From positions 1,376,001-1,440,000 of the forward strand of contig OZ244048.1 of the NCBI GenBank assembly GCA_965215265.1: DNA of 64,000 nt. Direction: 5' to 3'. Below, one piece after another: positions 19,366-30,281 of the stretch. A program made the position numbers and the translations under genes. The notes beneath the pieces were generated by a model, which was given only the letters and a program-made list of their open reading frames with translations, ran no database searches and was not told where the DNA came from. The DNA comes from Candidatus Poribacteria bacterium (GTDB taxonomy: Bacteria; Poribacteria; WGA-4E; WGA-3G). Numbering within the stretch: position 1 is the first letter of the stretch; the number at the start of each line of letters is the position of its first letter.

Positions 19366-21090
19366 AGGGAGAGCGATGCTGCACTGGGTGGGCAAACGCC
19401 CTCTCGAGACGGTGAGCAACTATCCCGCACAATTGGTGGAAACTTATAACGTTGAAAACCCGGAGAAAGAGCCGCTATATGATAGATTTTTGGAGGGGCC
19501 GAACCTCCTCTTTCACGGGGATAACAAGGAGATCCTCTCCACCTTACTTGTCAACGGTTTCCGTGGCAAGGTAGATCTCATCTACATCGACCCGCCCTTT
19601 GCTAGTGGTGCAGACTACGTTCGAAAGGTAAAACTCCGCGGCATTCCGGGAACCTCGATGGGTGAAGGTGCTGGGAACCCAGGTGGGAGTAGGGGGGGGG
19701 TAAACCTGCTTCTTTAACAGGCGAAGGCCCCTCCATTATTGAACAGACACAATACACCGACATCTGGGCGAATGATAACTATCTCCAATTCATGTTTGAA
19801 CGCCTGATCTTGATGCGAGAGCTGCTGAGTGAAAAAGGGAGCATCTACCTGCACTGCGACTGGCATAAGAGCCATCATCTCCGTATGCTCCTCGATGAAG
19901 TGTTCGGCGAACAGAACTTCGTCAATGAGATTGTCTGGTGGTATAAAGACCCGTCCGGTGACACTTCTCGCAGTTTTAAGCGGAAGCATGATACCATTTT
20001 CTTTTACGCGAAAACGCGACATTATGTTTTCAATAGAGATGCAGTACGGATGCCATATTCGGAGGGTACCCTTAAACAAGCTGAAGCAGGTGTTGTATCC
20101 TTCGGAAAAGTAGTTAAAGTAAATCCACTCGGTAAGGCACCTGATGATGTGTTTGAAATCCCAATTATCAATTCACAAGCAAAAGAGCGAACTGATTATC
20201 GGACACAAAAACCTGAAGTTCTAATAGAACGTATCATCAAAGCGTCAAGCAACGAAGATTCCATTGTGCTGGATTGCTTCGTGGGAAGCGGCACCACCGC
20301 AGTCGTCGCTGAAAAACTCCGCAGACGCTGGATTGCCGCAGATCTGAACAGAGGGGCCATACAGACGACAATGAAACGCATCCAGACAACTATTGACGAA
20401 CACCGCGGCATCGCTCACTATCGCATCAATAACTATCACTTTAGCGAACAACAGGAACTCCGCAGGCTCCTCATCGAAAAGTATGGTGTCGAAACGGACA
20501 AGAAAGACCGCTTCTTTGACGGCACCGTAGACGGAACCCTCGTCAAAATCGTTGAGTTGACGAAACCGCTCACCCGATTAGATATTCAACTTATCAAAGA
20601 CGAACTGCAGCACCGCCCTGATGAGACGCGCTCGGTAACGGTGCTATGCAACGGCAGCGAGCTGGGAATACAAACCGAACTTGACGCAGAAAACAAGCAT
20701 CACCCGATTAATCAACTCATCGTGCGGGACATCCAACGCGACGGTGTCACCACCTTCGCCCCTGCTGAAGCAGAAGTTGACTTCAAAAGAGACAGGCAAC
20801 ACGTCACCATCACCCTCGTAGATTATATCAGTCCGAGCCTCTTAGGGCGTTTGGAGATAGCCCGCACCCTCTTTGACGAACAAATAGATGATTTCCGTGC
20901 GCAGATTGATTGCGTGCTGATAGATACGGACTACAACGGCACGCATTTCAGAATCGTTGCGAGTGATGTGCCGGAGAAGCAGAGCGAATTTATCAAAGGC
21001 CAATACACGGTAGTGCTGCCGCGCCGTGATGCCCGTGTTGCCGTCAAGATTATTGATATGCTGGGTGAGGAAACCGTGGTAACCGAATAA
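19346..21090 (+). pseudogene. Beta-class (type III Mod-like) DNA methyltransferase frameshifted at a G9 tract; possibly phase-variable
   Basis: LIYIDPPF in the 5' ORF; GSIYLHCDWH, TQKPE and LDCFVGSGTT in the 3' ORF; the frames join if G9 at 19692-19700 becomes G10. Confidence 0.85.
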
Positions 21091-21094
21091 ATAG

Positions 21095-21275
21095 TTCGTA
21101 TCTCTCCGTACCGTCAACGCTTATGTCGTGAGTCCTCGTGTGTAAATCTCGTCAGAGGGTTCGGATGTTTAGATTCATAACCTAAGCAGGCTCCGACGAT
21201 ATTTGTGCTAAGGTTTACATCACATCAGGCGGTGGTGGGCTGAAATAGACGAATATTTAGATTCAATACATCGAC
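21095..21275. repeat. Family-1 repeat unit
   Basis: TTCGTATCTCTCCGTACCGTCAACG...AAATCTCGTC...GGGCTGAAATAGACGAA. Confidence 0.85.
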
Positions 21276-21484
21276 TCTTGAAAACGGGTTATCATAGATG
21301 TTGGATTTACCCATTTCGGGGCTTTTCTCATGCTTTTCCAAACAAAAACCTTTCACGACAAACCTTCAAAAAAAATGGGGTAAGTGACAATTTTTTGTAG
21401 GATTGAGTCCGATGATGCTTGCTGCTATAGTAAATACTAGGTAAATCTTACTAGAGGTTCCTGAGGCGGCAACACTATTTTATT

Positions 21485-22264
21485 ATGTTCGCTATTATTT
21501 TGAAAGAACTCCGTTCATATACACATACGCGCAAATACCGCCGAGTACATTTCATGATTCTATGCGTGTTGGTGCTTCTGCTGTTTGCTGCCATCCTTGA
21601 ATTCTACGCGCACAGTCGAACTGGTACTACCATTGATGTAGGAAAACAGACATATACCGTTTTCATTATAGCTCTCTTCATTGCCAATTTCTTAGTCCCC
21701 AGGCACGCAGTGGAATCACTACACGCAGAGCAATATAGTCGACATTTATTCCGAAGCGCCGAAAATTCGAGCGCGAACGGTCTATTGATTCGGTTAACCC
21801 CTATCACAGATGGAAAAATCTTGGCAGGAAAGTTGAGTGCGGTTGTCGTTTGGACATTGTGGGGGATATGGCTAGCGATGCCGTTGTTAGCACTTTCAAG
21901 TTACATCGGTGGGTTCGCACTTGTGCAATTGCTGAAATGTGGCACGGTGTTAGTCGTCAGTTGCATTTTCTTCGCAATCATCGGGACGGCTTTCGCCTTA
22001 TGGCAAGCCTCTGCTCCTGCAAAAGGATACAGTTACCTTGTTATCCTATTGGTGACTTTCCTACCACTGATTCCGTTTGCAAGTTTTGAGTTGAGTGCAA
22101 TGTTAGAAGTGATAAGCCCACTCTGTACACTGTTCTCCGTGCTTCATTCGGGGCCAACACAGTTGTGGATATGGCATGTTGCTTTGTTGGCTGTGTTATC
22201 CAGTCTCATTTTTCTAATATGCGTGAGGCGATTGGGTCGGAATTCCATGAACCCGTTTGCTTAG
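21485..22264 (+). CDS. ABC-2 type permease-like membrane protein
   Basis: MFAIILKELR start, LTPITDGKILAGKL and about six TM helices. Confidence 0.7.
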   Translation: MFAIILKELRSYTHTRKYRRVHFMILCVLVLLLFAAILEFYAHSRTGTTIDVGKQTYTVFIIALFIANFLVPRHAVESLHAEQYSRHLFRSAENSSANGLLIRLTPITDGKILAGKLSAVVVWTLWGIWLAMPLLALSSYIGGFALVQLLKCGTVLVVSCIFFAIIGTAFALWQASAPAKGYSYLVILLVTFLPLIPFASFELSAMLEVISPLCTLFSVLHSGPTQLWIWHVALLAVLSSLIFLICVRRLGRNSMNPFA

Positions 22265-22361
22265 GGCCCTCCGTTTGTTAGTTTAAAAGTCGTGCTTGAA
22301 TAAACCCGCCAAATCATGTATAATCTAAAATTAGACTCCTTTTTATTTCTCCAGAAAACCT

Positions 22362-24299
22362 ATGCCAAATCCAGCACTGTCTAGAGAATATACGCAGCCT
22401 CAAGAGACACACCCCGGTGTGACATTTCGCTCGATTCTGCTCGGCATCCTTCTCATTGCGCCTAATACCTATTTTATTATGGCAAATCATCTCCGTTACT
22501 GGAGTACGTTGCCGACGACGATGTCCCTTATTTACAACGTCGTGGTAACACTGACCGTATTGACGGTTCTCAATTTCCTAATAAAAAAGTTAGTGCCTCG
22601 TTTCGCGCTGCGGCAAGGTGAGCTGCTGACTATCTACGTCATCCTCTCGATTTCTTCAGCCATTGCAGGGCACGACATGATGCAAACCGTCGTGCCAGTT
22701 ATTCCCAACGGATTTTGGTTTTCGACCCCGGAGAATGAGTGGCAACAACTCTTCTGGCGTTACCTCCCGAATTGGATGACGCTGAGTGAACTCTCTGTTT
22801 TACAAGATTTTTATGATGGCGATACAACCTTTTACACGAAAAGGTACCTCGCCGCGTGGTGGGAACCGATATTGTGGTGGACCGTGTTTTTGTCCGTGTT
22901 GATGTGGGTGATGATCTGTATAGATTTGCTTCTGCGGAAGCAGTGGATAGAGCGCGAACGTTTAACCTACCCGATCGTCCGGCTGCCGATAGAATTGACG
23001 TACTCTGACGGGAGACTTTTTAAAACGAGAATGCTCTGGGTGGGTTTTGCAATTGCAGGCGGCATCGATTTGCTCAACGGCATCCACGCCTTTTTCCCGA
23101 CATTTCCTGAAATCCCCGTTCGCAAAGCGGATCTGGGTCTCTACTTCAACGAAAAGCCGTGGGACGCAATAGGGTGGACACCTGTCTATATTCTCTCATT
23201 CGGTGTCGGCTTGGCATTCTTAATGCCGTTGGAGATGTCGTTCTCACTCTGGTTTTTCTATCTTTTTTGGAAAGGCGAACGTGTATTAGGGAGAGCGATG
23301 GGGTTACAAGTTTTACCGGGCTTCCCTTATGACGGACCGCAAGGTGTCGGTGCGTATCTGGCCATTGCGTGTTTTGCCCTCTATGGCGGACGGAAGCACT
23401 TTTACGGCATCATCAAAAACATAAGCGGGAAAAAGCGGCACCTCCCGGAAGAGCTGCAGGATACCACAAATTACCGTTGGCCAATCGTAGGGTTAATCGG
23501 TGGCGTGCTTTTCCTCTTCATCTTTTCACACCGTGGCGGTATGGCACTCTGGATGATAGTGCTGTATTTTCTAATCTATTATCTGCTCGCGTTGGGCATC
23601 ACGCGTGTCCGTGCGGAAGTCGGACCGCCAACGCACGAAATGTTTGTTGCCAATCCCCGGCAATTCATCATTGACATGCTCGGCTCACGCCCTATTTCAC
23701 CGCCGAGTTTGACGATGATGTCGCTTTATTTCGCCTTTAACCGGGGCTACCGTGCGCATCCGATGCCACATACATTGGAAGGGTTTAAACTCGTAGATGT
23801 CGCCACCATGAGAGTCGGACGCATGGTAATCGCCATGATGTGTGCGATCTTTTTCGGTATCTTGGCATCATTTTGGGCGTACCTTGTTGTCTCCTATAAT
23901 ATCGGCGCGAATCCTGGATTGGGAAGTGGCGGCTATAACCTGCTCCGTTCGTGGCTCTATTATCCAACGGAAACGAACATACCGGCTGTCACATTTATGG
24001 GCGTTGGATTTCTCTTTACCGGACTGCTATGGTGGCTGCGTACCCGTTTTCCGATGTTTCCTTTTCATCCAACAGGATATGCTGTGGCAAGCAGTATGTG
24101 GACTTTTGGATGGCTCTGGTTCTCAGTATTGATAAGCTGGGGTATCAAGAACCTCATTTTGAGATTCGGAGGCATCCGGCTGTATCATCGCGTGCTACCG
24201 CTCTTTTTGGGGTTAATTCTGGGACAATTTATTGTGGGTGGGACGTGGGTGCTGATTCGGCTTATCTGGGGCGTATCGGTTTATTCGTTTTACCGTTAG
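22362..24299 (+). CDS. Putative peptide transporter (DUF6785/DUF6784-type)
   Basis: GELLTIY, RKQWIERERLTYPI, PFHPTGYA and PLFLGLILG; polytopic membrane protein. Confidence 0.78.
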   Translation: MPNPALSREYTQPQETHPGVTFRSILLGILLIAPNTYFIMANHLRYWSTLPTTMSLIYNVVVTLTVLTVLNFLIKKLVPRFALRQGELLTIYVILSISSAIAGHDMMQTVVPVIPNGFWFSTPENEWQQLFWRYLPNWMTLSELSVLQDFYDGDTTFYTKRYLAAWWEPILWWTVFLSVLMWVMICIDLLLRKQWIERERLTYPIVRLPIELTYSDGRLFKTRMLWVGFAIAGGIDLLNGIHAFFPTFPEIPVRKADLGLYFNEKPWDAIGWTPVYILSFGVGLAFLMPLEMSFSLWFFYLFWKGERVLGRAMGLQVLPGFPYDGPQGVGAYLAIACFALYGGRKHFYGIIKNISGKKRHLPEELQDTTNYRWPIVGLIGGVLFLFIFSHRGGMALWMIVLYFLIYYLLALGITRVRAEVGPPTHEMFVANPRQFIIDMLGSRPISPPSLTMMSLYFAFNRGYRAHPMPHTLEGFKLVDVATMRVGRMVIAMMCAIFFGILASFWAYLVVSYNIGANPGLGSGGYNLLRSWLYYPTETNIPAVTFMGVGFLFTGLLWWLRTRFPMFPFHPTGYAVASSMWTFGWLWFSVLISWGIKNLILRFGGIRLYHRVLPLFLGLILGQFIVGGTWVLIRLIWGVSVYSFYR

Positions 24300-24390
24300 T
24301 GTCCATAGTCGCTTAGAATCAGGGCCGGCGAATTTATTATTTATCCGATGGACAAAGAAGCTTGTCCGAATCCGTGACAGAAAAGCTCTA

Positions 24391-25197
24391 CTACAAATAC
24401 CCGGCGAACAGATCTCGCACGCGTATCTTATCGGCCTCGTCCCCGAACCCTAAGCTAAACCAGCCATCATAACCACGACGGTTTAACTGCGTGAACAACT
24501 GCACAAAGTCAATCGTTCCTTCACCGGGGACAAGGTGGACTTCGTAATCGCCCGTGTTATCGTTAAGACGCACCTGCCCAATGTTCTCGACACCGAACGC
24601 CTCCAAAAACCCTAACCACCCTTCTGGGACCAAATGCCCATGCGCCACATTGAACGCCCATTTGAGGTAGGGCGAGTCAATTGCATCAAAAAACCAGCGC
24701 GTTTCATCTATATTATGCGGGATGTAGTGCATTTCTGAGCGTTCAGGTTCACGGTTGTGGTTTTCAAAGAAGATAACTACGTCTGCGCGTTCTGCCTCCT
24801 CGACTAACTTCTGGATGCGCTGAAGCGCCGCAGTGCGCCGTTGCTCAACATCACCAAAATGGTATCCACCGTGCCCAATAAGCCATCCGCATCCCAACCG
24901 CTTCGCAAGTTTTAAATTCGCTTGGAGATAACTATCGACTGCTTCAGACAAAATTGGGACGTATTCCGCATTGTTAATCGCTGAAGAAGGATGAATGCCG
25001 ATAGAAATTGTATGCGTTTCACACAACCGTCGCACGGTGTGAACGCGCTGTGCATCAAATGACTCAATATCATTGGGTGGAACATCAGTTTGAAAATCGA
25101 TATATTGAAACCCATTTTCTGCTGCCCACTGGATAGAAACTTCAATTGGTTGCTGCTTGGGTGCATCAAAGCCGAATCGTTTTTTTTTCTCTTTCAT
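24391..25197 (-). CDS. Sugar phosphate isomerase/epimerase (xylose isomerase-like TIM barrel)
   Basis: FENHN, FNVAH, LNDNTG..EVHLVPGEGTIDF motifs. Confidence 0.85.
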   Translation of the reverse strand: MKEKKKRFGFDAPKQQPIEVSIQWAAENGFQYIDFQTDVPPNDIESFDAQRVHTVRRLCETHTISIGIHPSSAINNAEYVPILSEAVDSYLQANLKLAKRLGCGWLIGHGGYHFGDVEQRRTAALQRIQKLVEEAERADVVIFFENHNREPERSEMHYIPHNIDETRWFFDAIDSPYLKWAFNVAHGHLVPEGWLGFLEAFGVENIGQVRLNDNTGDYEVHLVPGEGTIDFVQLFTQLNRRGYDGWFSLGFGDEADKIRVRDLFAGYL

Positions 25198-25347
25198 ACG
25201 GTTTTCCCTAACTACGTTTTGGCATGCGAGGTAATTTTTACGTTATAGTGAAAGTGCCTATGTTCTGTTTTTTTGAGTTATTCTCCAAACAGGCATCCAT
25301 CGCGAGAGACGATATCGTTCATGAGAAACCTGCGCTCTCATGTTATG

Positions 25348-26724
25348 TTACAAGAGTTGGTGTTCCCACCAGGCGAGGTAATCCGCATCGTTTATATCTG
25401 GTGAAAGCCCCCGTTTTTCCATGCCGTCTCTGAAACTTTCTGCCATGTGCTCATCCCAATAGTTGGTAATGTCGGGCGGTTCTGGTATCTCGCCCATATC
25501 CGCCGTGGCTTGTATCCAATTATCTAACTGACTGCTCAACTCATTTCGCACAGGTTCATAACGTTCATCATCGGCGAGGTTGTTAACTTCATAAACATCT
25601 GCGTCAAGGTCGTACAATTCTTCAGCAGGCCGAGTGGGTTTTAGGAACAGCTGTTGGGCTGGGGATAACAGCCCTTTTGCGGCTAACACCTGCATCAACG
25701 TCCAGACCGGATACTGCTGTTTTTTGTATCCATTGAATTGCATATAGGGTTGTTCCGGATGATAGTTACGAATATATTTATAGCGATGTGTCCGGATGCA
25801 CCGGATCCGGTCGTCGGTGCCGTCACACCGGTCACGCGCAGCAAAAACGGCATTCCGCCGCGTTGCATCTGCGCCAAGGAAAGTTTGGCCGTGCATATAG
25901 TCAGGAATATCTATTTCAGCGAGTGCCAACGTTGTTGGCGCGAAATCTACGCCGCTGATGAGTTCATCTCGGACAGTTCCTGCGTCAAACTGCCCTGGCC
26001 ATCGGACAATCAGCGGAATGTGAATCCCCCCGTCGTATAGGAACTGTTTGCAACGGACATGTGCGCGGCCATGGTCACTCATGAAAAAGATGATGGTATT
26101 TTCAGCAAGTCCTTCTTCATCTAGGCGGTTGAGAATCTGTCCTACTTTGCGATCTAAGATCTGAATGCTCTCAAGGTAGAGAGCCCAATCTTTCCGGGTG
26201 AGCGGATGGTCGGGATAATAGGACGGCAGGTGCACATCATCCGGTGCAATTGGACGTTCCGGATCCGGTTTAAAGACCCGGTGTGTATCCGGAATATTAA
26301 TTTGCGCGTAAAAAGGTTGTCCGGCTGCTCGTTCGCTCCAATCTATTCCATCAAAAGGTTGTTCACGTTTAAAGTTAAAATCTGTCTTCCCGAGGCGGTG
26401 GTACGGCGGTCCTGGGCTATTGCACGTAAAATAGCCGGCTTCTCGGAAACAATCGGTGATGAGTTTCATATCAGCCTGCAACGGTTTATCGCGATTGCTC
26501 CGATGATTGTGTGCATCAAAATGTGTTTGGTAGGTACCCGTGATTAAAGCGGAGCGGCTCGGTGAACAGACTGGACATGTAACGAAAGCATTCGTCCAGC
26601 GAATGCCTTCTGAGGCAAGCCGGTCAATATTCGGCGTTTGCACAGCTGAAGTCCCGTAACAGCCAAGATCGGGCGAAAGATCTTCGCCATAAATCCAGAG
26701 TACATTTGGTTGTGTTGTGGGCAT
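25348..26724 (-). CDS. Sulfatase
   Basis: PNVLWI..ED, CSPSRSALITG formylglycine motif, SDHG and EELYDL. Confidence 0.95.
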   Translation of the reverse strand: MPTTQPNVLWIYGEDLSPDLGCYGTSAVQTPNIDRLASEGIRWTNAFVTCPVCSPSRSALITGTYQTHFDAHNHRSNRDKPLQADMKLITDCFREAGYFTCNSPGPPYHRLGKTDFNFKREQPFDGIDWSERAAGQPFYAQINIPDTHRVFKPDPERPIAPDDVHLPSYYPDHPLTRKDWALYLESIQILDRKVGQILNRLDEEGLAENTIIFFMSDHGRAHVRCKQFLYDGGIHIPLIVRWPGQFDAGTVRDELISGVDFAPTTLALAEIDIPDYMHGQTFLGADATRRNAVFAARDRCDGTDDRIRCIRTHRYKYIRNYHPEQPYMQFNGYKKQQYPVWTLMQVLAAKGLLSPAQQLFLKPTRPAEELYDLDADVYEVNNLADDERYEPVRNELSSQLDNWIQATADMGEIPEPPDITNYWDEHMAESFRDGMEKRGLSPDINDADYLAWWEHQLL

Positions 26725-26903
26725 AATTCCTCCTTTTAACGTGCTTTTATGAAAGCAAAGCTGATTCCATCATCGCGAGCGCTGCAGTAGTCACCGATTG
26801 GTACGTTCTAATTCTATTTCAATGTGCTAATGTGCTCTAGGCGTTGCCAGTTGTTTGACATCGGTCACGTAAAAGGTGCAAGTAACGTCTGATAACCCCA
26901 AGC

Positions 26904-27788
26904 CTAGATTCCTCCATTAAGAGCGCCCACGACGTACCGAGCTCGGAAAAGTGTCTGGCGTAGGGGTGGCATTTCCGAAAGCAGCTTCGGATGCGGCTGG
27001 TAAACGTTCGCGAAACCGCTATCGACAGGACTGTATAGACTAAAAATCGCAAGCCTATCATTTTGAGTATTTGTCCATGTGGTAGCACTATGTGTGAGTG
27101 CCTCTGTAAAAAAGAGCAGTGAACCGGCGGCACACCCGTAGGTGCTCCATATATCTGAATGCGGATGCTGAATCTCACCGGGTGCGGTGTAGACAGATTT
27201 ATGACTTCCTGTCACCAATAGGGTGCCGCCTTGCCCCTTTTTCACTTCATTCAACTCCCACACAATCCGTGTGTGCGGACTGTAACCTTTGCCGGGAAAC
27301 GCGTTATAGTAATGCACATCCCCCGGAAAACGAAGTAACCCGTTCCCGTTATGAGGTCCAAAATTTCCCATACCGGGCGCACGATAAAACAGTGTTGTGC
27401 TCTCCACAGAAAATCCGTAGCATTCCGGGCTAGTCACAGAGGGATGTGCGGTAAATTCGTTAAGGAGCGAGACGACAAGCGGATGATCTATTAATTTTTG
27501 AAGCGGCCCGCCAACCGTGCTCCGTTCGTGTTCCGGAATTGAGTCTGGTTGATGGTGCAGGCGTGATGCAAAGTCTTGCATTTCAGCCAATTCACTCCCT
27601 GTGAGTACCTCTGGAACCAGAAACCACCCATGTGTATCAAAAGCGTATTTCTGTTCGGAAGTCAACTCCGGAACCGCTATTCCGTCGGCATTAGATGTCG
27701 GAAATTGGCACTCCGTTGCATGCAAGACGGTGCTCAACGAAGGCTGAAGTTTATTCGGTATCTGTTTTTCCATTTCTTGTTCTCCCAC
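26904..27788 (-). CDS. Phytanoyl-CoA dioxygenase (PhyH) family Fe/2OG enzyme
   Basis: QKYAFDTHGW, GGTLLVTGSHKS, FTEALTH and W...R motifs. Confidence 0.85.
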   Translation of the reverse strand: MGEQEMEKQIPNKLQPSLSTVLHATECQFPTSNADGIAVPELTSEQKYAFDTHGWFLVPEVLTGSELAEMQDFASRLHHQPDSIPEHERSTVGGPLQKLIDHPLVVSLLNEFTAHPSVTSPECYGFSVESTTLFYRAPGMGNFGPHNGNGLLRFPGDVHYYNAFPGKGYSPHTRIVWELNEVKKGQGGTLLVTGSHKSVYTAPGEIQHPHSDIWSTYGCAAGSLLFFTEALTHSATTWTNTQNDRLAIFSLYSPVDSGFANVYQPHPKLLSEMPPLRQTLFRARYVVGALNGGI

Positions 27789-27825
27789 TCTGATTTTACG
27801 AGATGCCCGGCAACGTTTGCTGAGG

Positions 27826-28761
27826 TTAGTTCTCTATTGGATATGCAGAGGTGCGATTTCCAAAATCCCCGTTAACAACATTACCACCGGCGTAGACTGC
27901 GCGAAAGAGCGTCTGCCGTTTTGGTGGCATGGCTTCCAAAAGTTGTGGATGTGGTAACCAATTTGACCAGCGGCTCGCCACGGTGTTGTACAGATTAGAG
28001 ATGCGTACCCGAGCAACATTATCCGGCTGAGTGCTTAGCTTGATATTTGTCATGGATTCTGTGAAAAGGATAAGCGAACCGGGTGGACATGTATAAGTCT
28101 CCCACAGAGATGAATTTGGATTTTGAATTGCATCAGGGAGTGGATACGCGGCTTTGTGACTGCCCGAGATAAACCGAATGCTGTTTGTTGCAGCGTCGAC
28201 CTCTGTCAATTCCCAAATAGCGCGCGTTAAGCCACTCCAGCCTCGCCCGGGCACGCAGCGGTAGAGGTGCGAATCTCCGGGTAACCGAAACAACCCACTC
28301 CCTTTGTGCTGTGGAGGCACGACTTCACCGGAATCCATAACCAATTCTGATTCTTCGAGCCGAAAACCGTAGCAATCCTCACTTGCAGCCGGTGGATATG
28401 CCAGAAATTCGTTCAGAAACCCGACCACAACCGGATGGTCAGCCAGTATCTGCAACGGACCTCCAAGCGTGCAGCGTTGGGGCTGCGGCATGCTATCTGG
28501 TTCAAAGCGGAGACGTTCACAGAACGTTAGCATTTCCGTACATTCTGTATCCGATAAAACGCCGGGAATCGCGACCCAGCCATTACGGTCGAAATTGTAT
28601 TTCTGCTTCTGTGTCGGGATAATGACCGGTGCCCCATCGGCGTTGGTTTTCGTCAACTCCTCAGGTTCAATCTCAACAGCACTTCCCAGATTTTTATTCA
28701 CAATAAACGGTTTAGTTGTCGCAAGTTCTTTGTAACCCATAAGGATGCTCCCTCCGTGCAA
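27826..28761 (-). CDS. PhyH family paralogue; distal His apparently lost
   Basis: Colinear with its neighbour (QKYNFDRNGW, ISGSHKA) but FTESMTN replaces FTEALTH. Confidence 0.8.
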   Translation of the reverse strand: MHGGSILMGYKELATTKPFIVNKNLGSAVEIEPEELTKTNADGAPVIIPTQKQKYNFDRNGWVAIPGVLSDTECTEMLTFCERLRFEPDSMPQPQRCTLGGPLQILADHPVVVGFLNEFLAYPPAASEDCYGFRLEESELVMDSGEVVPPQHKGSGLFRLPGDSHLYRCVPGRGWSGLTRAIWELTEVDAATNSIRFISGSHKAAYPLPDAIQNPNSSLWETYTCPPGSLILFTESMTNIKLSTQPDNVARVRISNLYNTVASRWSNWLPHPQLLEAMPPKRQTLFRAVYAGGNVVNGDFGNRTSAYPIEN

Positions 28762-28842
28762 TGTTCACCTAGAAAGTATACCGCGAAGCCCAAAAATTGT
28801 CAAATCGTAACTAAGCCAACGGGAACGTTGCCTTCGTCCGGC

Positions 28843-29659
28843 TCAAGGCCAAGGAAAAAACGGTACGGGTACATTCGTCACCCAACTGATAACTGTCCAC
28901 ACCAATGCCATGCTAAACTCACCGAAAACCAAGCCTAAAAAGAAAGGACGAAACCGCTGATACTGTCGTATGCCGCTGTAACGCACCAGTGGCACTTTTA
29001 TGCTCCATGCAATGAGGACAAGAAACCAAAACACGATAAGCGTCCACGAAGCGGATAAGGCGTAACCAAGGGGATGCAGGGGCCACCACCAATATAACAT
29101 TCGTAAGGCAAACAGACTCACCGTAACCAGGGTGCCAATGCCGAAATCAAAATCAAACTGAGGATGAAACCCCAGACTGCTGTCCGGTAACGGAGGATCT
29201 CCCCAGAGTCATCAATTTTGCCAGAGGTGAACGCATCACGAAAGACACGGCGGAAGTGCGGCAAACCGAAGACTGAAAAGCATCTGAGTGGGAAGTAATT
29301 AGAAAAATCCTACTGCAGCGAAGGAGAGAAAAATCGGTGTATACGTAACCGCGTTGAACGGGCAATCGGTGAGATATTGATTGAGAAGATTTCGTATATT
29401 TCAGCCCCATCAACGCCTAGGTAATCATAACTCGTGTGTAAATCTCGTCGGAGCCGTTCGATGTATTGATTCTGAAGAAAAACAGACCAATAACTGCTGG
29501 CGGCAGTTGTAAAAAACCGATTTGAATGTAAGTCAGTACCAATTCTGCATAGGAGACAATACAACAGATGGCAATAACGAAACAGATACCTAGTAGTAGG
29601 AAACGCCATGATAGCCGATCTTGAGTTGTGTTAAGCACTATCCGCAGTCCTTTATTCAA
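28843..29659 (-). pseudogene. Internally deleted DUF6785/DUF6784 transporter remnant
   Basis: N-terminal piece (SWRFLLLG..YAELV..LQLPPAVIG) and C-terminal piece (WWPLHPLGYA..RPFFLGLVFGEF) are only about 300 bp apart, with a repeat half-unit at the break. Confidence 0.75.
29390..29470. repeat. Family-1 left half-unit inside the transporter pseudogene
   Basis: TTTCGTATATTTCAGCCCCATCAACG...GTGTAAATCTCGTCGGAG. Confidence 0.85.
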
Positions 29660-29842
29660 TTTTCTGTTTGAAAAAATATGTACCGACGCTAAAAAACTTG
29701 TAAACTGCCAGAAAAAAGTAGCGAAAAGGTAAAAATTTTCACGTTTTTTGAAACCTTTTCTTATGTATAGACGTTATATATAGATAGAAGTTATATATAA
29801 ATAAAATAATTAAGTGTAATTTGATTACCAGAAAGGCTAGAT

Positions 29843-29950
29843 TTGTATATCTTTGTACCATCACCGCTTATGTATTGTTTAATCGTGTGTAAATCTCGTC
29901 GGAGCCGCCCGGTGTTTAGATTCATAGCAATAGTGCTGAACAAATACCGC
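29843..29950. repeat. Family-1 repeat unit (shortened)
   Basis: TTGTATATCTTTGTACCATCACCGCTTATG...AAATCTCGTCGGAG...GTGCTGAA. Confidence 0.75.
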
Positions 29951-30019
29951 AAATCCTTCGTAATCGTGAACGAGACGAACTACGTCGATGCAAAGTTTCC
30001 GTTTAGGGAGAATGAGCCA

Positions 30020-30280
30020 ATGCTGCGATATAATACCAAAAATCCGCTTGCCGAACTCCCCGTGCAAACTCAGCGATTATACAGCGCGTTAGAAGTTTTT
30101 AGATGCACATATTCTTCTCATGAAAAGCCAACATGGTTCCGGGCCCCGAAACGAGACGTGCTTCTGAAAAAAATCGGGTTTTCCGCAAACGATATTGATA
30201 TCGGCATTAAAGAATTGATTCAATCGAATCTGTTGCAAATCCAAAAACAGCAGAATATTGACTGGTACCGACTCAAATAA
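30020..30280 (+). CDS. Small hypothetical protein, possibly winged-helix; start uncertain
   Basis: LLKKIGFSANDIDIGIKELIQSNLLQI..WYRL resembles a wHTH; abuts maf. Confidence 0.45.
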   Translation: MLRYNTKNPLAELPVQTQRLYSALEVFRCTYSSHEKPTWFRAPKRDVLLKKIGFSANDIDIGIKELIQSNLLQIQKQQNIDWYRLK

Positions 30281-30281
30281 C

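Noticed and set aside
21349-21389. Short shared motif CACTTACCCCCATTTTTTT (also at about 18385 and 39475) as a regulator site
   Set aside because: Always lies near the repeat clusters, so it is more likely another repeat module; too little evidence for a separate call
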